Assembly: GCA_964291285.2 (NCBI GenBank)
Contig: OZ219787.1
Location: 1,088,001-1,152,000, forward strand
DNA from: Alphaproteobacteria bacterium
Lineage (GTDB): Bacteria > Pseudomonadota > Alphaproteobacteria > Bin95
DNA length: 64,000 bases
Direction of reading: 5' to 3'
Below, in pieces: positions 1-10,255 of the stretch. The first letter of the stretch is position 1; every line of letters begins with the position of its first letter. The translations under genes and the position numbers were made by a program. Below the pieces are notes generated by a model, which saw only the letters and a program-made list of their open reading frames with translations, searched no databases and was not told the origin of the DNA.

Positions 1-383
1 GCGAAATCGCCCGGCCGCACCAGAAGGCGCGGGCCCGGCACCGGCGAGAAGGGCACGGCGGACAGCAGCTTCGGGTAGTAGCGCCCGCCCGCGCGCTCAT
101 AGGCATGCGCCCAGCCATGGTCGAAGACATATTCGCCGTAGCTGTCGCCGCGCATGTAGAAGGGGGCGACGCCGGACACGCGGCCCGCTTCGTCCTCGAC
201 CACGAGATGCTGCGGCAGCCAGCCGGTATCGGCCCCGACGGCGCCGCCGTCTTCCAGCGCCTTCAGGAAGGCATGGGAAACGAAGGGGTTCCCGTCCCCG
301 GCGCAGGCGTCCCAGTCCTGCGCCGGGACCGCGTCGATGGCCGGCGCGATCCGGACGGAGATCGGTTCCTTGCCGTCGGGCAC
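1..383 (-). CDS. FemAB-like/GNAT family protein (DUF482/COG3146 type), 5' part; runs off the window
   Basis: Not in the ORF track. Manual translation from GTG 383 gives MPDGKEPISVRIAP...WDACAGDGNPFVSHAFLKALE...HLVV...DSYGEYVFDHGWAHAYERAGGRYYPKLLSAVPFSPVPGPRLL, which are typical family motifs. Confidence 0.85.
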   Translation of the reverse strand, partial: MPDGKEPISVRIAPAIDAVPAQDWDACAGDGNPFVSHAFLKALEDGGAVGADTGWLPQHLVVEDEAGRVSGVAPFYMRGDSYGEYVFDHGWAHAYERAGGRYYPKLLSAVPFSPVPGPRLLVRPGDF

Positions 384-389
384 GGGGGG

Positions 390-854
390 TCAGTCGATCT
401 CGAACACGGCATCGACCTCGACCGCGAAGCCCATCGGCAGGGACGGCGCGCCGACGGCGAAACGGGCATGGCGGCCCGTCTCGCCGAATATCTCGACGAT
501 GAGGTCGGAGGCGCCGTTCACGACCTGGGGATGCTGGACGAAGTCCGGCGTACAGTTGACGAAGCCGCCGAGCTTGACGACCCGCGCCACCCGGTCGAGG
601 TCGCCCCCGCAGCCTGCCTTCGCCTGCGCGATGAGGTTGAGCGCGCAGGCCCTGGCCGCGGCCACGCCCTCGTCGAGGCCGAGATCGTCCCCGAGCCGGC
701 CCTTGTGGATGCCCTGGTTGTTGCCCGAAACCTGTCCCGCCACGAACAGCAGCTTGCCGCTCCGGACCCAGGGCACGTAGTTGGCGGCGGGCGCGGGCGC
801 CTCCGGCAGCTCGATGCCGAGTTCGGCGAGGCGGGCGTCGATCTTTCCGGCCAT
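390..854 (-). CDS. RidA/YjgF family protein
   Basis: ARLAELGIELPEAPAPAANYVP...VNGASDL...GRHARFAVG..LP.GFAVEVD; start moved to ATG 854. Confidence 0.9.
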   Translation of the reverse strand: MAGKIDARLAELGIELPEAPAPAANYVPWVRSGKLLFVAGQVSGNNQGIHKGRLGDDLGLDEGVAAARACALNLIAQAKAGCGGDLDRVARVVKLGGFVNCTPDFVQHPQVVNGASDLIVEIFGETGRHARFAVGAPSLPMGFAVEVDAVFEID

Positions 855-874
855 GAAGGGGTCTCCGCTTGGGG

Positions 875-2266
875 TCAGGGGGTGGGCGCCGGCCGCGGGT
901 CGATCGCCGGCAGGGAGCCGACCGCTTCCTCGATGATGCGGCCTGCCGCGATCGCCATGTCTTCCCGCCTGACCGGCGCGACGATCTGGAGGCCGACCGG
1001 CATGCCGTTCGGAGCGAGGCCGGCCGGGATTGCCAGGATCGGGCATGACGTCAGCACCGTGCCCCAGCATTGCTGGAACCAGGGCGGCGGCGCCTCGGAC
1101 CACTCGTCCACCCGGGGGCCGCGCTCCTCGACCGAAAAGGCCGTGCAGCAGACCGTCGGCATGACGATGACATCGACCTGTTCGAAGGCGTCGGACAGAC
1201 GCTGGAACACGGCCGCGCGCTCCCGCTCGGCCCAGATGAAGTCCTCGGCCGTGAGCGTGTTCGCATAGTCGAGCAGCAGCCCCAGCACACGCTCCAGCTT
1301 CTCGCGGTTTTCCCGAATGAAGTCGGCGCGCTCGATCAGCGTGTTGTGGCCGATCATCACCGAGAACAGCCGGGCCATGTCTCCGAAATCGAGCGCGAGC
1401 GGCTCGACCGGAATGTCCAGCTTCGCAAGCGCCGCCTCGACGACGGCGGCAATCTCCGGTTCGACGCCGCCGAGGCCGATATCGGCGACATAACCGATCC
1501 GGGCCGGCCGTTTGCCTTCGGCCCGGAAGGAGCCCTCGTAATCCGGCAGGCTCAGCGGGTCGCTCGGCAGGTAGCCGGCCATGGCGTCGAGGAACAGCGC
1601 GATGTCGTTCACCGAACGCGCCATCGGGCCCTGCACCGACATCGGGTTGAAGCAGCGGTGGGAGTGGGTGCGCGGCACGCGGCCGGGGCTCGGGCGCAGG
1701 CCGCAGACGCCCGCGAAGGCGGCCGGAATGCGCAGGCTGCCGCCTATGTCGGAGCCGTGCGCGAGCGGCACTTCGCCCGCCGCCAGCGCCGCCGAGGCAC
1801 CGCCCGACGAGCCGCCGGGCGTCGTCTCCAGGTTCCAGGGGTTGCGCGTGTGGCCGAACACCCGGTTCGTCGTCACGGGCATCATGCCCATTTCCGGCGA
1901 GCTCGACTTGGCGACGACGATGCCGCCGCGCGCCTCCAGCCGGGTCACGAGCGGGTCGGACTTGTCCGCCACATTGTCGGCATATAACGGGCAGCCGTAG
2001 GTCGTCCGCATGCCTTCGACGTCGATCAGGTCCTTGATTGCGATCGGCAGGCCGGCGAGCAGCCCCCGGTCGCCGGGCGGGATGTCCTGAAGCCGCCTCG
2101 CGTCATCGCGGGCCCGCTCGAAGCGGTGCAGCGGCAGGGCGTTCACCGCCCCGTCCACGGCCTCGATCCGGGCAACGGACGCGTCCACAAGCTCCAGCGG
2201 CGACACCTCGCCCGCCGTCAGCCGGCGGACCGCTTCCCCCGCAGACAGTTCCCAGAGTTCGGCCAT
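875..2266 (-). CDS. Amidase signature family protein
   Basis: C-terminal half of ORF 875..3799: GLPIAIKD, TPGGSSGG, GSDIGGSLRIPA; ATG 2266 is preceded by GGGAGAG. Confidence 0.92.
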   Translation of the reverse strand: MAELWELSAGEAVRRLTAGEVSPLELVDASVARIEAVDGAVNALPLHRFERARDDARRLQDIPPGDRGLLAGLPIAIKDLIDVEGMRTTYGCPLYADNVADKSDPLVTRLEARGGIVVAKSSSPEMGMMPVTTNRVFGHTRNPWNLETTPGGSSGGASAALAAGEVPLAHGSDIGGSLRIPAAFAGVCGLRPSPGRVPRTHSHRCFNPMSVQGPMARSVNDIALFLDAMAGYLPSDPLSLPDYEGSFRAEGKRPARIGYVADIGLGGVEPEIAAVVEAALAKLDIPVEPLALDFGDMARLFSVMIGHNTLIERADFIRENREKLERVLGLLLDYANTLTAEDFIWAERERAAVFQRLSDAFEQVDVIVMPTVCCTAFSVEERGPRVDEWSEAPPPWFQQCWGTVLTSCPILAIPAGLAPNGMPVGLQIVAPVRREDMAIAAGRIIEEAVGSLPAIDPRPAPTP

Positions 2267-2320
2267 GGGACTCTCCCCTCGCAACACGGCTACTATAGCC
2301 CGAAAGCGGGAGCGGGGAAC

Positions 2321-4498
2321 GTGGCAGGAAGGCGCGAAGACGCCCGGTTCATAACCGGACAGGGCCGCTATCTGGACGACATCGAGGTTCCGGGGGCGTT
2401 CTGGGCGGCGTTCGTCCGCAGCCCGCACGCGCATGCCCGCATCCGGGCCGTCGAGGGCAACGGCGCGCCGGTCTTCACCGCGGCGGACATTGCCGGTCTC
2501 GGGGGCCTGCGGCCCTACCAGCCCGCCAACATGCAGACGGGCGAACCGTTCGACTGCGAGCCGCAGCCGCTGCTGGCGCAAGATACCGCACGCTATGCGG
2601 GTCAGCCGGTCGGCTTCGTCACCGGGGCCACGCCGGACGAGGCCCAGGATGCGGCCGACCGGGTGCGGGTCGTCTATGAGGCGCTGGACCCGGAGCCGGA
2701 AAGAGCCTGCCTCGATTGGCGGACGGGCGACGGCGAGGCCGTGGACGCGGCGTTCTCCCGCGCCGCCCACCGGGTCGGGATCGCGCTCCTGAACCATCGC
2801 GTGGTCATCAACCCGATGGAGCCGCGGGGCGCGGCCGGCTTCTACGACCCGGCGGACGGGCGCTACACGCTTCGGCTGTCCAGCCAGAACCTGCATGTCA
2901 ACCGCGACCATGTGGCGGCATGCCTCGGCGTGGAGCCCGGGCGGGTCCGCTTCATCGCGGAGGACGTGGGCGGAGGCTTCGGCGTCAAGAATTTCGCCTA
3001 TCCGGAGTATCCGCTGCTGCTCTGGGCGGCCCGGCGGCTGGGCCGTCCCGTGCGCTGGACGGCCACGCGCTCCGAGGTGTTCCTGACCGACCATCAATGC
3101 CGGGGCCAGCGGGCCGAAGCCGAGCTTGCGCTCGACTCGGAAGGGCGCTTCCTCGCGCTCAGGGTCGCGAGCACGGCGAATGCAGGTGCATGGTTCGGCA
3201 ATGTCGCGGGCGGCGTCCAGACCGGGCAGTTCGTCCATCTGGCGGGCACGGTCTATGCCATTCCGGCCGTCGCTCTGCATATCAGCGCCGTGCTCACCAA
3301 TACGCCGCCCGAGGGCGTGACGCGCGGCCCCGGTTTCGCCGAAATGGTGAACATTCTCGAAAGGCTGATCGACAAGGCGGCGGCGGAAACCGGCATTGCC
3401 CGGGAAGAGCTCAGGCGTCGAAATCTTGTGTCCAGCCTGCCGATGACGAATGCGCTCGGCTTCACCGTGGACAGCGGCGCCTTCCGGGAGGGCTTTGCGC
3501 TTGCCGAGCAGAGCGCCGGGGGCTTCGCGGAGCGCCGGCGCGGGAGTGAGGGGGCGGGCCTGCTGCGCGGGCTCGGCTTCGCCTGCCACATCAAGGCCAC
3601 CGGCGGCTACCCGGAGGAGAATGTCGAACTGCGCTTCCGCGAGGACGGCAGCGTAGACCTCGTGACCGGCACGCAGCATATCGGCCAGGGGCACGAAACC
3701 ACCTTCCCCGAAATCGTGGCCCGCTGCCTCGACCTGCCGAGCGGCGGCATCCGGCTCGTCCAGGGCGACACGGACGAGATCGCCATGGGAGGCGGCCACG
3801 GCTCCTCACGTGCGACCTACATGGCCGGCACGGCGATTTTCCGCGCGAGCGAGATCGTCATCGAGAAGGGCCGGGCGCTGGCGGCAGACCGGCTGGAGGC
3901 GGCGGAGACCGACATCGAATACGAAGCAGGCGCATTCCGCGTCGCTGGCACGGACCGGGCGGTCGGCCTGTTCGAACTCGCCGGAGACGGTGCGCTCGAC
4001 ACTTATTACCACTGGGCGCGGGAATGGATGACCTTCCCGAACGGCACCCATCTGGCGGAAGTCGAGATCGACCCGGAGACAGGGACCGTGCGCCTGGTCC
4101 GCTATGCGGCCTTCGACGATTACGGTGAGCATATCGACGACGCCATCGTTGCCGGCCAGGTGCATGGCGCCATCGCGCAGGGCGTCGGGCAGGCCCTGCT
4201 GGAAGAGGCGGCGTTCGAACCGGAAACGGGCCAGCCGCTTACCGGCTCCTTCATGGACTACGCCATGCCGCGCGCCGACGACCTGCCGCCTTTCGACATC
4301 GCGTTTACACCGACGCGGTGCACGACCAATCCGCTGGGCGTAAAGGGTTGCGGAGAGGCCGGAGCCATCGCCGGATACCCCGCCGTCACCAACGCCATTC
4401 TCGATGCGCTGGCGCCGCTCGGCGTCACGCGCTTCGAGGGAGCCGCCAGCCCGTTCCGCATCTGGCGCGCGATCCGGGAAGCGGCGGAGCGGACCTGA
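2321..4498 (+). CDS. Xanthine dehydrogenase/CoxL-like molybdopterin-binding subunit
   Basis: [58 protein letters not shown]; the GTG start is inferred. Confidence 0.9.
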   Translation: MAGRREDARFITGQGRYLDDIEVPGAFWAAFVRSPHAHARIRAVEGNGAPVFTAADIAGLGGLRPYQPANMQTGEPFDCEPQPLLAQDTARYAGQPVGFVTGATPDEAQDAADRVRVVYEALDPEPERACLDWRTGDGEAVDAAFSRAAHRVGIALLNHRVVINPMEPRGAAGFYDPADGRYTLRLSSQNLHVNRDHVAACLGVEPGRVRFIAEDVGGGFGVKNFAYPEYPLLLWAARRLGRPVRWTATRSEVFLTDHQCRGQRAEAELALDSEGRFLALRVASTANAGAWFGNVAGGVQTGQFVHLAGTVYAIPAVALHISAVLTNTPPEGVTRGPGFAEMVNILERLIDKAAAETGIAREELRRRNLVSSLPMTNALGFTVDSGAFREGFALAEQSAGGFAERRRGSEGAGLLRGLGFACHIKATGGYPEENVELRFREDGSVDLVTGTQHIGQGHETTFPEIVARCLDLPSGGIRLVQGDTDEIAMGGGHGSSRATYMAGTAIFRASEIVIEKGRALAADRLEAAETDIEYEAGAFRVAGTDRAVGLFELAGDGALDTYYHWAREWMTFPNGTHLAEVEIDPETGTVRLVRYAAFDDYGEHIDDAIVAGQVHGAIAQGVGQALLEEAAFEPETGQPLTGSFMDYAMPRADDLPPFDIAFTPTRCTTNPLGVKGCGEAGAIAGYPAVTNAILDALAPLGVTRFEGAASPFRIWRAIREAAERT

Positions 4499-4638
4499 AA
4501 CCGGGATTTGCGGGCCGTGCCGTTTCGACGCCTGGCCGACGAGCCCTTTGGCGATTCCGCCTGTTCCGCCGACCGCGACTCGCCTATTCTGTGCGCGGAG
4601 AGCGACGCTTCCGCGAACCCGTTGGAGAAAACCGGAAA

Positions 4639-5640
4639 ATGCTGGACGCGATTCCTGTGTTGAGTCCGTTTTCGGTGTTCGTGCTCATCGTGCTGGTCTT
4701 CGCCGTGGCGCTCGTCTTCATGGGCGTGAAGACGGTCCCGCAGGGCTTCGAGTTCACGGTGGAACGCTTCGGCCGCTACATACGGACGCTGGCACCCGGA
4801 CTGCATCTCATCGTCCCCATCGTGGACCGTATCGGCCAGCGCCAGAATGTGATGGAGCAGGTGACCGACGTGCCGTCGCAGGAGATCATCACCCGCGACA
4901 ACGCCATGGTGACCGTCGACGGCGTGGTGTTCTTCCAGATTCTGGACGCGGTGAAGGCGTCCTACGAGGTGCGCCGCCTCGAAATCTCGATCCTGAACCT
5001 GACCATGACCAATATCCGGACGGTCATGGGCTCCATGGACCTGGACGAGCTGCTGTCGCAGCGCGACAAGATCAACGCCGAGCTGCTGAAGGTAGTGGAC
5101 GAGGCGACCGCGCCCTGGGGCGTCAAGATCACCCGCATCGAGATCAAGGACATCACCCCGCCCGCCCAGCTGGTGGACGCCATGGCGAGGCAGATGAAGG
5201 CCGAGCGGGAGAAGCGCGCCGTCATCCTGGAGGCCGAGGGTGTGAGGCAGGCGGAAATCCTGCGCGCCGAGGGGCAGAAGCAGGCGGCGATCCTGGATGC
5301 GGAAGGCCGGCGCGAGGCGGCGTTCCGCGACGCCGAGGCGCGCGAACGCGAGGCCGAGGCGGAAGCGCGCGCCACCGAAATGGTCTCGAAGGCCATCGGG
5401 GAGGGCAATGTCCAGGCGATCAACTATTTCGTCGCCCAGAAATACGTCACGGCGCTGGAAGGCATTGCCAGCGCCCGCAACCAGAAGGTCGTGCTGATGC
5501 CGCTTGAGGCTTCCGGCGTGATCGGCGCTCTCGCGGGCCTCACCGAGATCGCGAGGGAAGCCTTCGGCAAGGACGGGGAGTCGGACCCGTCCGCCCCGCG
5601 CCGGGGACGCTCGGTGCCGCCTTCCGGTTCCGGCGCCTGA
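4639..5640 (+). CDS. qmcA: SPFH/Band 7 domain membrane protein (QmcA-like)
   Basis: N-terminal TM segment, [30 protein letters not shown]; paired with NfeD. Confidence 0.9.
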   Translation: MLDAIPVLSPFSVFVLIVLVFAVALVFMGVKTVPQGFEFTVERFGRYIRTLAPGLHLIVPIVDRIGQRQNVMEQVTDVPSQEIITRDNAMVTVDGVVFFQILDAVKASYEVRRLEISILNLTMTNIRTVMGSMDLDELLSQRDKINAELLKVVDEATAPWGVKITRIEIKDITPPAQLVDAMARQMKAEREKRAVILEAEGVRQAEILRAEGQKQAAILDAEGRREAAFRDAEAREREAEAEARATEMVSKAIGEGNVQAINYFVAQKYVTALEGIASARNQKVVLMPLEASGVIGALAGLTEIAREAFGKDGESDPSAPRRGRSVPPSGSGA

Positions 5641-5650
5641 GACCCGGTCC

Positions 5651-6151
5651 ATGGAAGGGTTCTCGCCCGAGGATATTTCCTACTGGCACTGGCTGGCGCT
5701 CGGCGTCCTCCTGATGCTGGTGGAGATCCTTGTCCCGGGCGTCGTCTTCCTCTGGCTCGGGATCGCCGGGGTCCTGACCGGGCTGCTGCTTGCCGCTGTT
5801 CCGGAACTGGACTGGCAGGTTCAACTGGTCGTCTTCGCCGTCCTGTCGGTGGCGTCGATCTTCCTGGGGCGGCGCTTCGTGGCCTTCAGGCAGGGGCCGA
5901 CCGACCATCCGACACTGAACCGGCGCGGCCGCAGCATGGTGGGCACGCGCGCCACGCTGCGGGATGCGACCGTCAGCGGCCGCGGCCGGGTGCGGGTCGG
6001 GGACACGATGTGGGCGCTCCGCCTGGCGTCACCCGAGGGCGACCTGCCGGCGGATACTGAAGTGACGGTCGTGGAAGTCGACGGTGTGACGCTCGTCGTC
6101 CGCGAGGTCCTCGAGGAAGAGGCGGAAGAGAAGGCCGCTGAGGAGAACTAA
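5651..6151 (+). CDS. NfeD family membrane protein (YbbJ-like)
   Basis: WHWLALG..L..VE..PG..FLWLG, LNRRG, GRVRVGDTMW; directly after the SPFH gene. Confidence 0.9.
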   Translation: MEGFSPEDISYWHWLALGVLLMLVEILVPGVVFLWLGIAGVLTGLLLAAVPELDWQVQLVVFAVLSVASIFLGRRFVAFRQGPTDHPTLNRRGRSMVGTRATLRDATVSGRGRVRVGDTMWALRLASPEGDLPADTEVTVVEVDGVTLVVREVLEEEAEEKAAEEN

Positions 6152-6285
6152 GGCCTCGATCGTCCGTCTCCCCGGCCCGGGGGTTACTGCATGCACACAT
6201 CTGATTTCAGCATGCACGGGGGCTTGCGCGCGGGGCGTGGCGGACGGTGTTACGGTTCCCGGCGTCCGTGCTAAGGTCCGCCCCC

Positions 6286-6504
6286 ATGGACCCCGCGACC
6301 GCCGCCGTCGCTACGCTGTTCGCCGCCCTGGTCATGCTCATCTTCGGCCTGTTCGCCTGGCTGCGCGCCGACATGCGCCGCATGGGCGAGCGGATGGAAG
6401 GCCGCCTCGCCGCCCTGGGGCACGGGATGACGAAAATGGAGGGCTTGCCGGAGGGCCTGCGCGAAGCCATAGCCGGCCGCACAACCCGCGCCGCTGCCGA
6501 ATAA
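6286..6504 (+). CDS. Small hypothetical membrane protein (TM helix plus coiled coil, 72 aa)
   Basis: MDPATAAVATLFAALVMLIFGLFAWLRADMRRMGERMEGRLAALGHGMTKMEG..EGLREAIAGR; GC-rich third positions like host genes. Confidence 0.6.
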   Translation: MDPATAAVATLFAALVMLIFGLFAWLRADMRRMGERMEGRLAALGHGMTKMEGLPEGLREAIAGRTTRAAAE

Positions 6505-6632
6505 CGCAGCCCGCGCCCTTGCGCCGAGCGGGAGGGGAGTCAGAGGCTTGCGCGGCCGCGCGCCGTTGACGGCGGGAGCGGGGGCGGCCCACACTGGCGG
6601 GCAGTGGCAGAGGGGGAGGAGGCCAGCGGCCC

Positions 6633-7790
6633 ATGAGCCATGAGAAGCCCTATGCGGGGCTGCGCGTCGTCGATCTGAGCCAGGGGATCGCCGGGCCCTA
6701 CTGCGCCATGCTGCTGGCGCAATACGGGGCCGACGTCATCAAGGTCGAGCCGCCCGAAGGGGACTGGGCGCGGGTGCTCGGGCCCCGCTACGGCAGCCAC
6801 ACGGCGTTTTCCGTCATCGGCAATCTCGGCAAGCGCAGCATCGTGCTGGACCTCAAGCAGGAGGCCGACAAGGAAAAGCTCCGCCGGCTGGTCCGGACCG
6901 CGGACGTCTTCATGGAAGGCTTCCGTCCGGGCGTGGCGGCGCGGCTCGGCTTCGGTTTCGAGACCGTGAAGGCGCTCGCGCCCGGCATCGTCTATGTCTC
7001 GGTCTCCGGCTTCGGGCAGACCGGCCCGCTCAGCGCCAAGCCGGCGATGGACCCGGTGTTGCAGGCCTTTACCGGCTTCACCTACGAGAACCGGGGCCAT
7101 GACGGCATCCCGCACCGCGCCAACCCGATCGTCGTGGACATGTCCACCGCGCTCTACACCCACCAGGCGGTGGCGGCGGCGGTCTATGCCCAGCGCGAGG
7201 ACCGCCGGGCGCGCTTCATCGACTCGAGCCTGATGGCGGCCGCCGCCAACCTCCAGGCGGTGCGCTTGTCCGCGACCCTGATGGAAGGCCGGCCGATGGG
7301 GATGCCGACCGCGCCCTCCGGCGTGTTCCGCACGGCGGACGGCTGGTTGCACCTCGTCGTGCTGAAGACGGGCGACTTCCAGGCGCTCTGCGGCCTGATC
7401 GACCGCGCCGACCTGGCGGCCGACCCGCGCTTCGCCGACCCGGCGGGGCGGTCCGGACATGCCGGGGAGCTCAATGACGCGGTCGCGGCGCATATCGCGG
7501 CGCGGCCGACGGCGCACTGGCGGGAATGCCTGACCGAAGCCGGCCTCCAGAACGAGGCCGTCCAGGACTATGCGCAGTTTGCGGCGCATCCGCAGACGGC
7601 GGCGACCGGGCTGATTTCCTGGCTGGAGCAGCCCGGCGGGGACCGCGCCTGGCCGGTGCCGAACCCGGCCGGGGCGCCGCCGCTGGTCTCCGGCGCGCCC
7701 GAGGCCACTGCGCCCGCGCTCGGCCAGCATACGGAAGAAGTGCTGCTGGAATTAGAGGAATCGGAAGCCGCCGCCGCTGCCGAGGAGTGA
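6633..7790 (+). CDS. CaiB/BaiF family III CoA-transferase
   Basis: GLRVVDLS..IAGPY, GADVIKVEPPEGD, GKRSIVLDLK, ADVFMEGFRPG. Confidence 0.92.
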   Translation: MSHEKPYAGLRVVDLSQGIAGPYCAMLLAQYGADVIKVEPPEGDWARVLGPRYGSHTAFSVIGNLGKRSIVLDLKQEADKEKLRRLVRTADVFMEGFRPGVAARLGFGFETVKALAPGIVYVSVSGFGQTGPLSAKPAMDPVLQAFTGFTYENRGHDGIPHRANPIVVDMSTALYTHQAVAAAVYAQREDRRARFIDSSLMAAAANLQAVRLSATLMEGRPMGMPTAPSGVFRTADGWLHLVVLKTGDFQALCGLIDRADLAADPRFADPAGRSGHAGELNDAVAAHIAARPTAHWRECLTEAGLQNEAVQDYAQFAAHPQTAATGLISWLEQPGGDRAWPVPNPAGAPPLVSGAPEATAPALGQHTEEVLLELEESEAAAAAEE

Positions 7791-7880
7791 GGCTCCCGGC
7801 CGGGCGTTGCCGCTTCCGGGCGCATCTGCTAAACGCTGCCCGCCAAGCGGTCCCGGGGCCGCTCCGTTGGGGGGACAGCA

Positions 7881-8651
7881 TTGAGCCAGCCGGTTCTCGA
7901 AGTCCGCGATGTCGCGGTGCATTTCGGCGGCATCGTGGCGCTGGACGGCGTGTCCTTCGACATCCCGAAGGACCTGATCGTCGGTCTGATCGGCCCCAAC
8001 GGCGCCGGCAAGACGACGCTCTTCAACTGCCTCTCCCGGCTCTACACGCCGAACGCGGGCGAGATCCTGTTCAAGGGCCGGTCGCTGCTGGGGCTGCCGG
8101 CGAACCGGATCGCCTCGCTCGGCATCGGCCGCACCTTCCAGAACCTGGCGCTCTTTCCGACGCTCTCCGTGCTCGACAACGTCATGATCGGGGGCCATTC
8201 GCGCACGGCGAGCGACTATGTGTCCAACGCCTTCCGCTTGCCCTGGGTGCGCCGGGAGGAAGAGGGGCTGATGGACCGCGCGATGGAGCTGATCGCCTTC
8301 ATGGAACTCGCGGAGATGACGCACATGCCGGTCGGCGGCCTGCCGTTCGGCTACCAGAAACGGGTGGAGATGGCGCGCGCGCTCGCCGGCGAGCCGGAAC
8401 TGCTGCTGCTCGACGAGCCGGCGGGCGGGCTCAACCACGAGGAGCTCGACCACCTGATGGGGCAGATCCGCCAGATCCGGGACGAGCGCGGCATCACCAT
8501 CCTCCTGGTCGAGCACCATATGAGCCTGGTCATGCAGGTGTCGGACAAGGTCGTGGCCATAGATTTCGGTCGCAAGATCGCTGACGGCACGCCGGAAGAG
8601 GTGCAGCAAGACCCCAAGGTCATCGAAGCCTATCTCGGGACAGCGCACTGA
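7881..8651 (+). CDS. Branched-chain amino-acid-type ABC transporter ATPase (LivG-like)
   Basis: GPNGAGKTT, RTFQN, LLLLDEPAGG, VEHHM. Confidence 0.92.
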   Translation: MSQPVLEVRDVAVHFGGIVALDGVSFDIPKDLIVGLIGPNGAGKTTLFNCLSRLYTPNAGEILFKGRSLLGLPANRIASLGIGRTFQNLALFPTLSVLDNVMIGGHSRTASDYVSNAFRLPWVRREEEGLMDRAMELIAFMELAEMTHMPVGGLPFGYQKRVEMARALAGEPELLLLDEPAGGLNHEELDHLMGQIRQIRDERGITILLVEHHMSLVMQVSDKVVAIDFGRKIADGTPEEVQQDPKVIEAYLGTAH

Positions 8652-9361
8652 TGGCGTTTCTCGAGGTCCGGGGGCTGGAAGCCTATTACCGCCAGACCCA
8701 GGCGCTGTTCGGGGTCGATTTCGTGCTCGACGAGGGGTCGATCACTGCGATCCTCGGCGCGAACGGCGCGGGCAAGACGACGACCTTGCGCGCCATATGC
8801 CGCATGGTGCGCACGGACGGCGAGGTCGTGTTCGACGGCCAGGAACTCTCCGGCCTCTCGACCGAGCGCGTCGTCGGGCTCGGCATCGCGCATGTGCCGG
8901 AAGGCCGGGGCACCTTCGTGCGCCAGTCGGTCGAGGAGAACCTCCAGCTCGGCGCCTACACGCGCAGGAACAAGGCCGACATCGCCGCCGACATGGAGAG
9001 CGTCTACGGCTATTTCCCGAGGCTCGGCGAACGCCGCCGCCAGCAGGCGGGCACGCTCTCCGGCGGTGAGCAGCAGATGCTCGCCATCGGCCGCGCGCTG
9101 ATGCTGCGCCCGAAGCTCATGCTGCTCGACGAGCCGTCCTTCGGCCTCGCGCCGCTGATCGTGCAGGAGATCTACGGGATCATGGCGCGCATCCGCGAGC
9201 GCGAAGGCACCTCCATGCTGCTGGTGGAGCAGAACGCGAGCATCGCGCTCGAACTCGCCGACCATGCGTACCTGCTGGAAACCGGCCGCGTGGTGATGGG
9301 CGGCGAGTCCAGCCTGCTGCGCGACGACGAAGACATCCGCCGCAGCTATCTCGGCTACTGA
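8651..9361 (+). CDS. Branched-chain amino-acid-type ABC transporter ATPase (LivF-like)
   Basis: GANGAGKTT, VPEGR, LSGGEQQM, LLDEPS.GLAP. Confidence 0.92.
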   Translation: MAFLEVRGLEAYYRQTQALFGVDFVLDEGSITAILGANGAGKTTTLRAICRMVRTDGEVVFDGQELSGLSTERVVGLGIAHVPEGRGTFVRQSVEENLQLGAYTRRNKADIAADMESVYGYFPRLGERRRQQAGTLSGGEQQMLAIGRALMLRPKLMLLDEPSFGLAPLIVQEIYGIMARIREREGTSMLLVEQNASIALELADHAYLLETGRVVMGGESSLLRDDEDIRRSYLGY

Positions 9362-9377
9362 AAGCGCGCGCCCGAAG

Positions 9378-10253
9378 ATGGACCTTTTCCTGCAACTGAC
9401 GCTCGCCGGCCTCGCCATCGGGTCGATCTATTCCTGCGTCGCGCTGGCCGTGGTGATGATCTACCAGGCCACCGACCACTTCAATTTCGCCCAGGGCGAG
9501 ATGGCGATGTTCTCCACCTATGTCGCCTGGACGCTGGTCGGCCTCGGCGCGCCGGTCTGGCTGGCCTTCCTGCTCGCGGTCGGCATTTCCTTCCTGGCCG
9601 GCGTCATCATCGAGCGGGTGATCGTGAAGCCGGTCGAGAACGCGCCGGTGCTCAACCAGATCATCGTGTTCATCGGGCTACTGGTGATCTTCAACGCCGT
9701 GGCGGGCTGGATCTGGGAGTTCACCATCAAGCCCTTCCCGAGCCTCTTCCCCGAGGACCTCGGTTTCAAATCGACATTGATCGGGCCGCACCATATCGGC
9801 GTCATCGCGCTGACGCTCGGCGTGCTGGCGCTGGTGTTCGCCTTCTTCCGCTTCACGCGCGTCGGGCTCGCCATGCGCGCCGCCGCCGCCAATCCGGACT
9901 CGGCCCGGCTGGTCGGCGTTTCGGTCGGCTGGATGCTGGCGCTCGGCTGGGGGCTGGCGGCGTCGATCGGCGCGGTCGGCGGCATCCTGGTCGCGCCCAT
10001 CGTCTACCTGGAGCCGAACATGATGGCCGGCGTGCTGCTCTACGGCTTCGCCGGCGCGCTGCTCGGCGGCGTGTCCAGCCCCGGCGGCGCGGTGCTGGGC
10101 GGCCTCGTGGTCGGCGTGCTGGAGAACTGGGTCGGGCAATATGTTCCCGGCGGCTCGGAGCTGAAGCTCACCTTCGCGCTGATCCTCATCGTCGGCGTGC
10201 TGGTCTTCAAGCCGGCCGGGCTGTTCGGCCGCGTCGTGGTGCGGAGGGTCTGA
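9378..10253 (+). CDS. Branched-chain amino-acid-type ABC permease (LivH-like)
   Basis: NFAQGE, TRVGLAMRA motifs; multiple TM segments. Confidence 0.92.
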   Translation: MDLFLQLTLAGLAIGSIYSCVALAVVMIYQATDHFNFAQGEMAMFSTYVAWTLVGLGAPVWLAFLLAVGISFLAGVIIERVIVKPVENAPVLNQIIVFIGLLVIFNAVAGWIWEFTIKPFPSLFPEDLGFKSTLIGPHHIGVIALTLGVLALVFAFFRFTRVGLAMRAAAANPDSARLVGVSVGWMLALGWGLAASIGAVGGILVAPIVYLEPNMMAGVLLYGFAGALLGGVSSPGGAVLGGLVVGVLENWVGQYVPGGSELKLTFALILIVGVLVFKPAGLFGRVVVRRV

Positions 10254-10255
10254 GG

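Noticed and set aside
875-3799. 974-aa ORF as a single amidase fusion
   Set aside because: Only 875-2266 is amidase. The upstream part is the antisense shadow of the Mo-hydroxylase gene, as expected in high-GC DNA.
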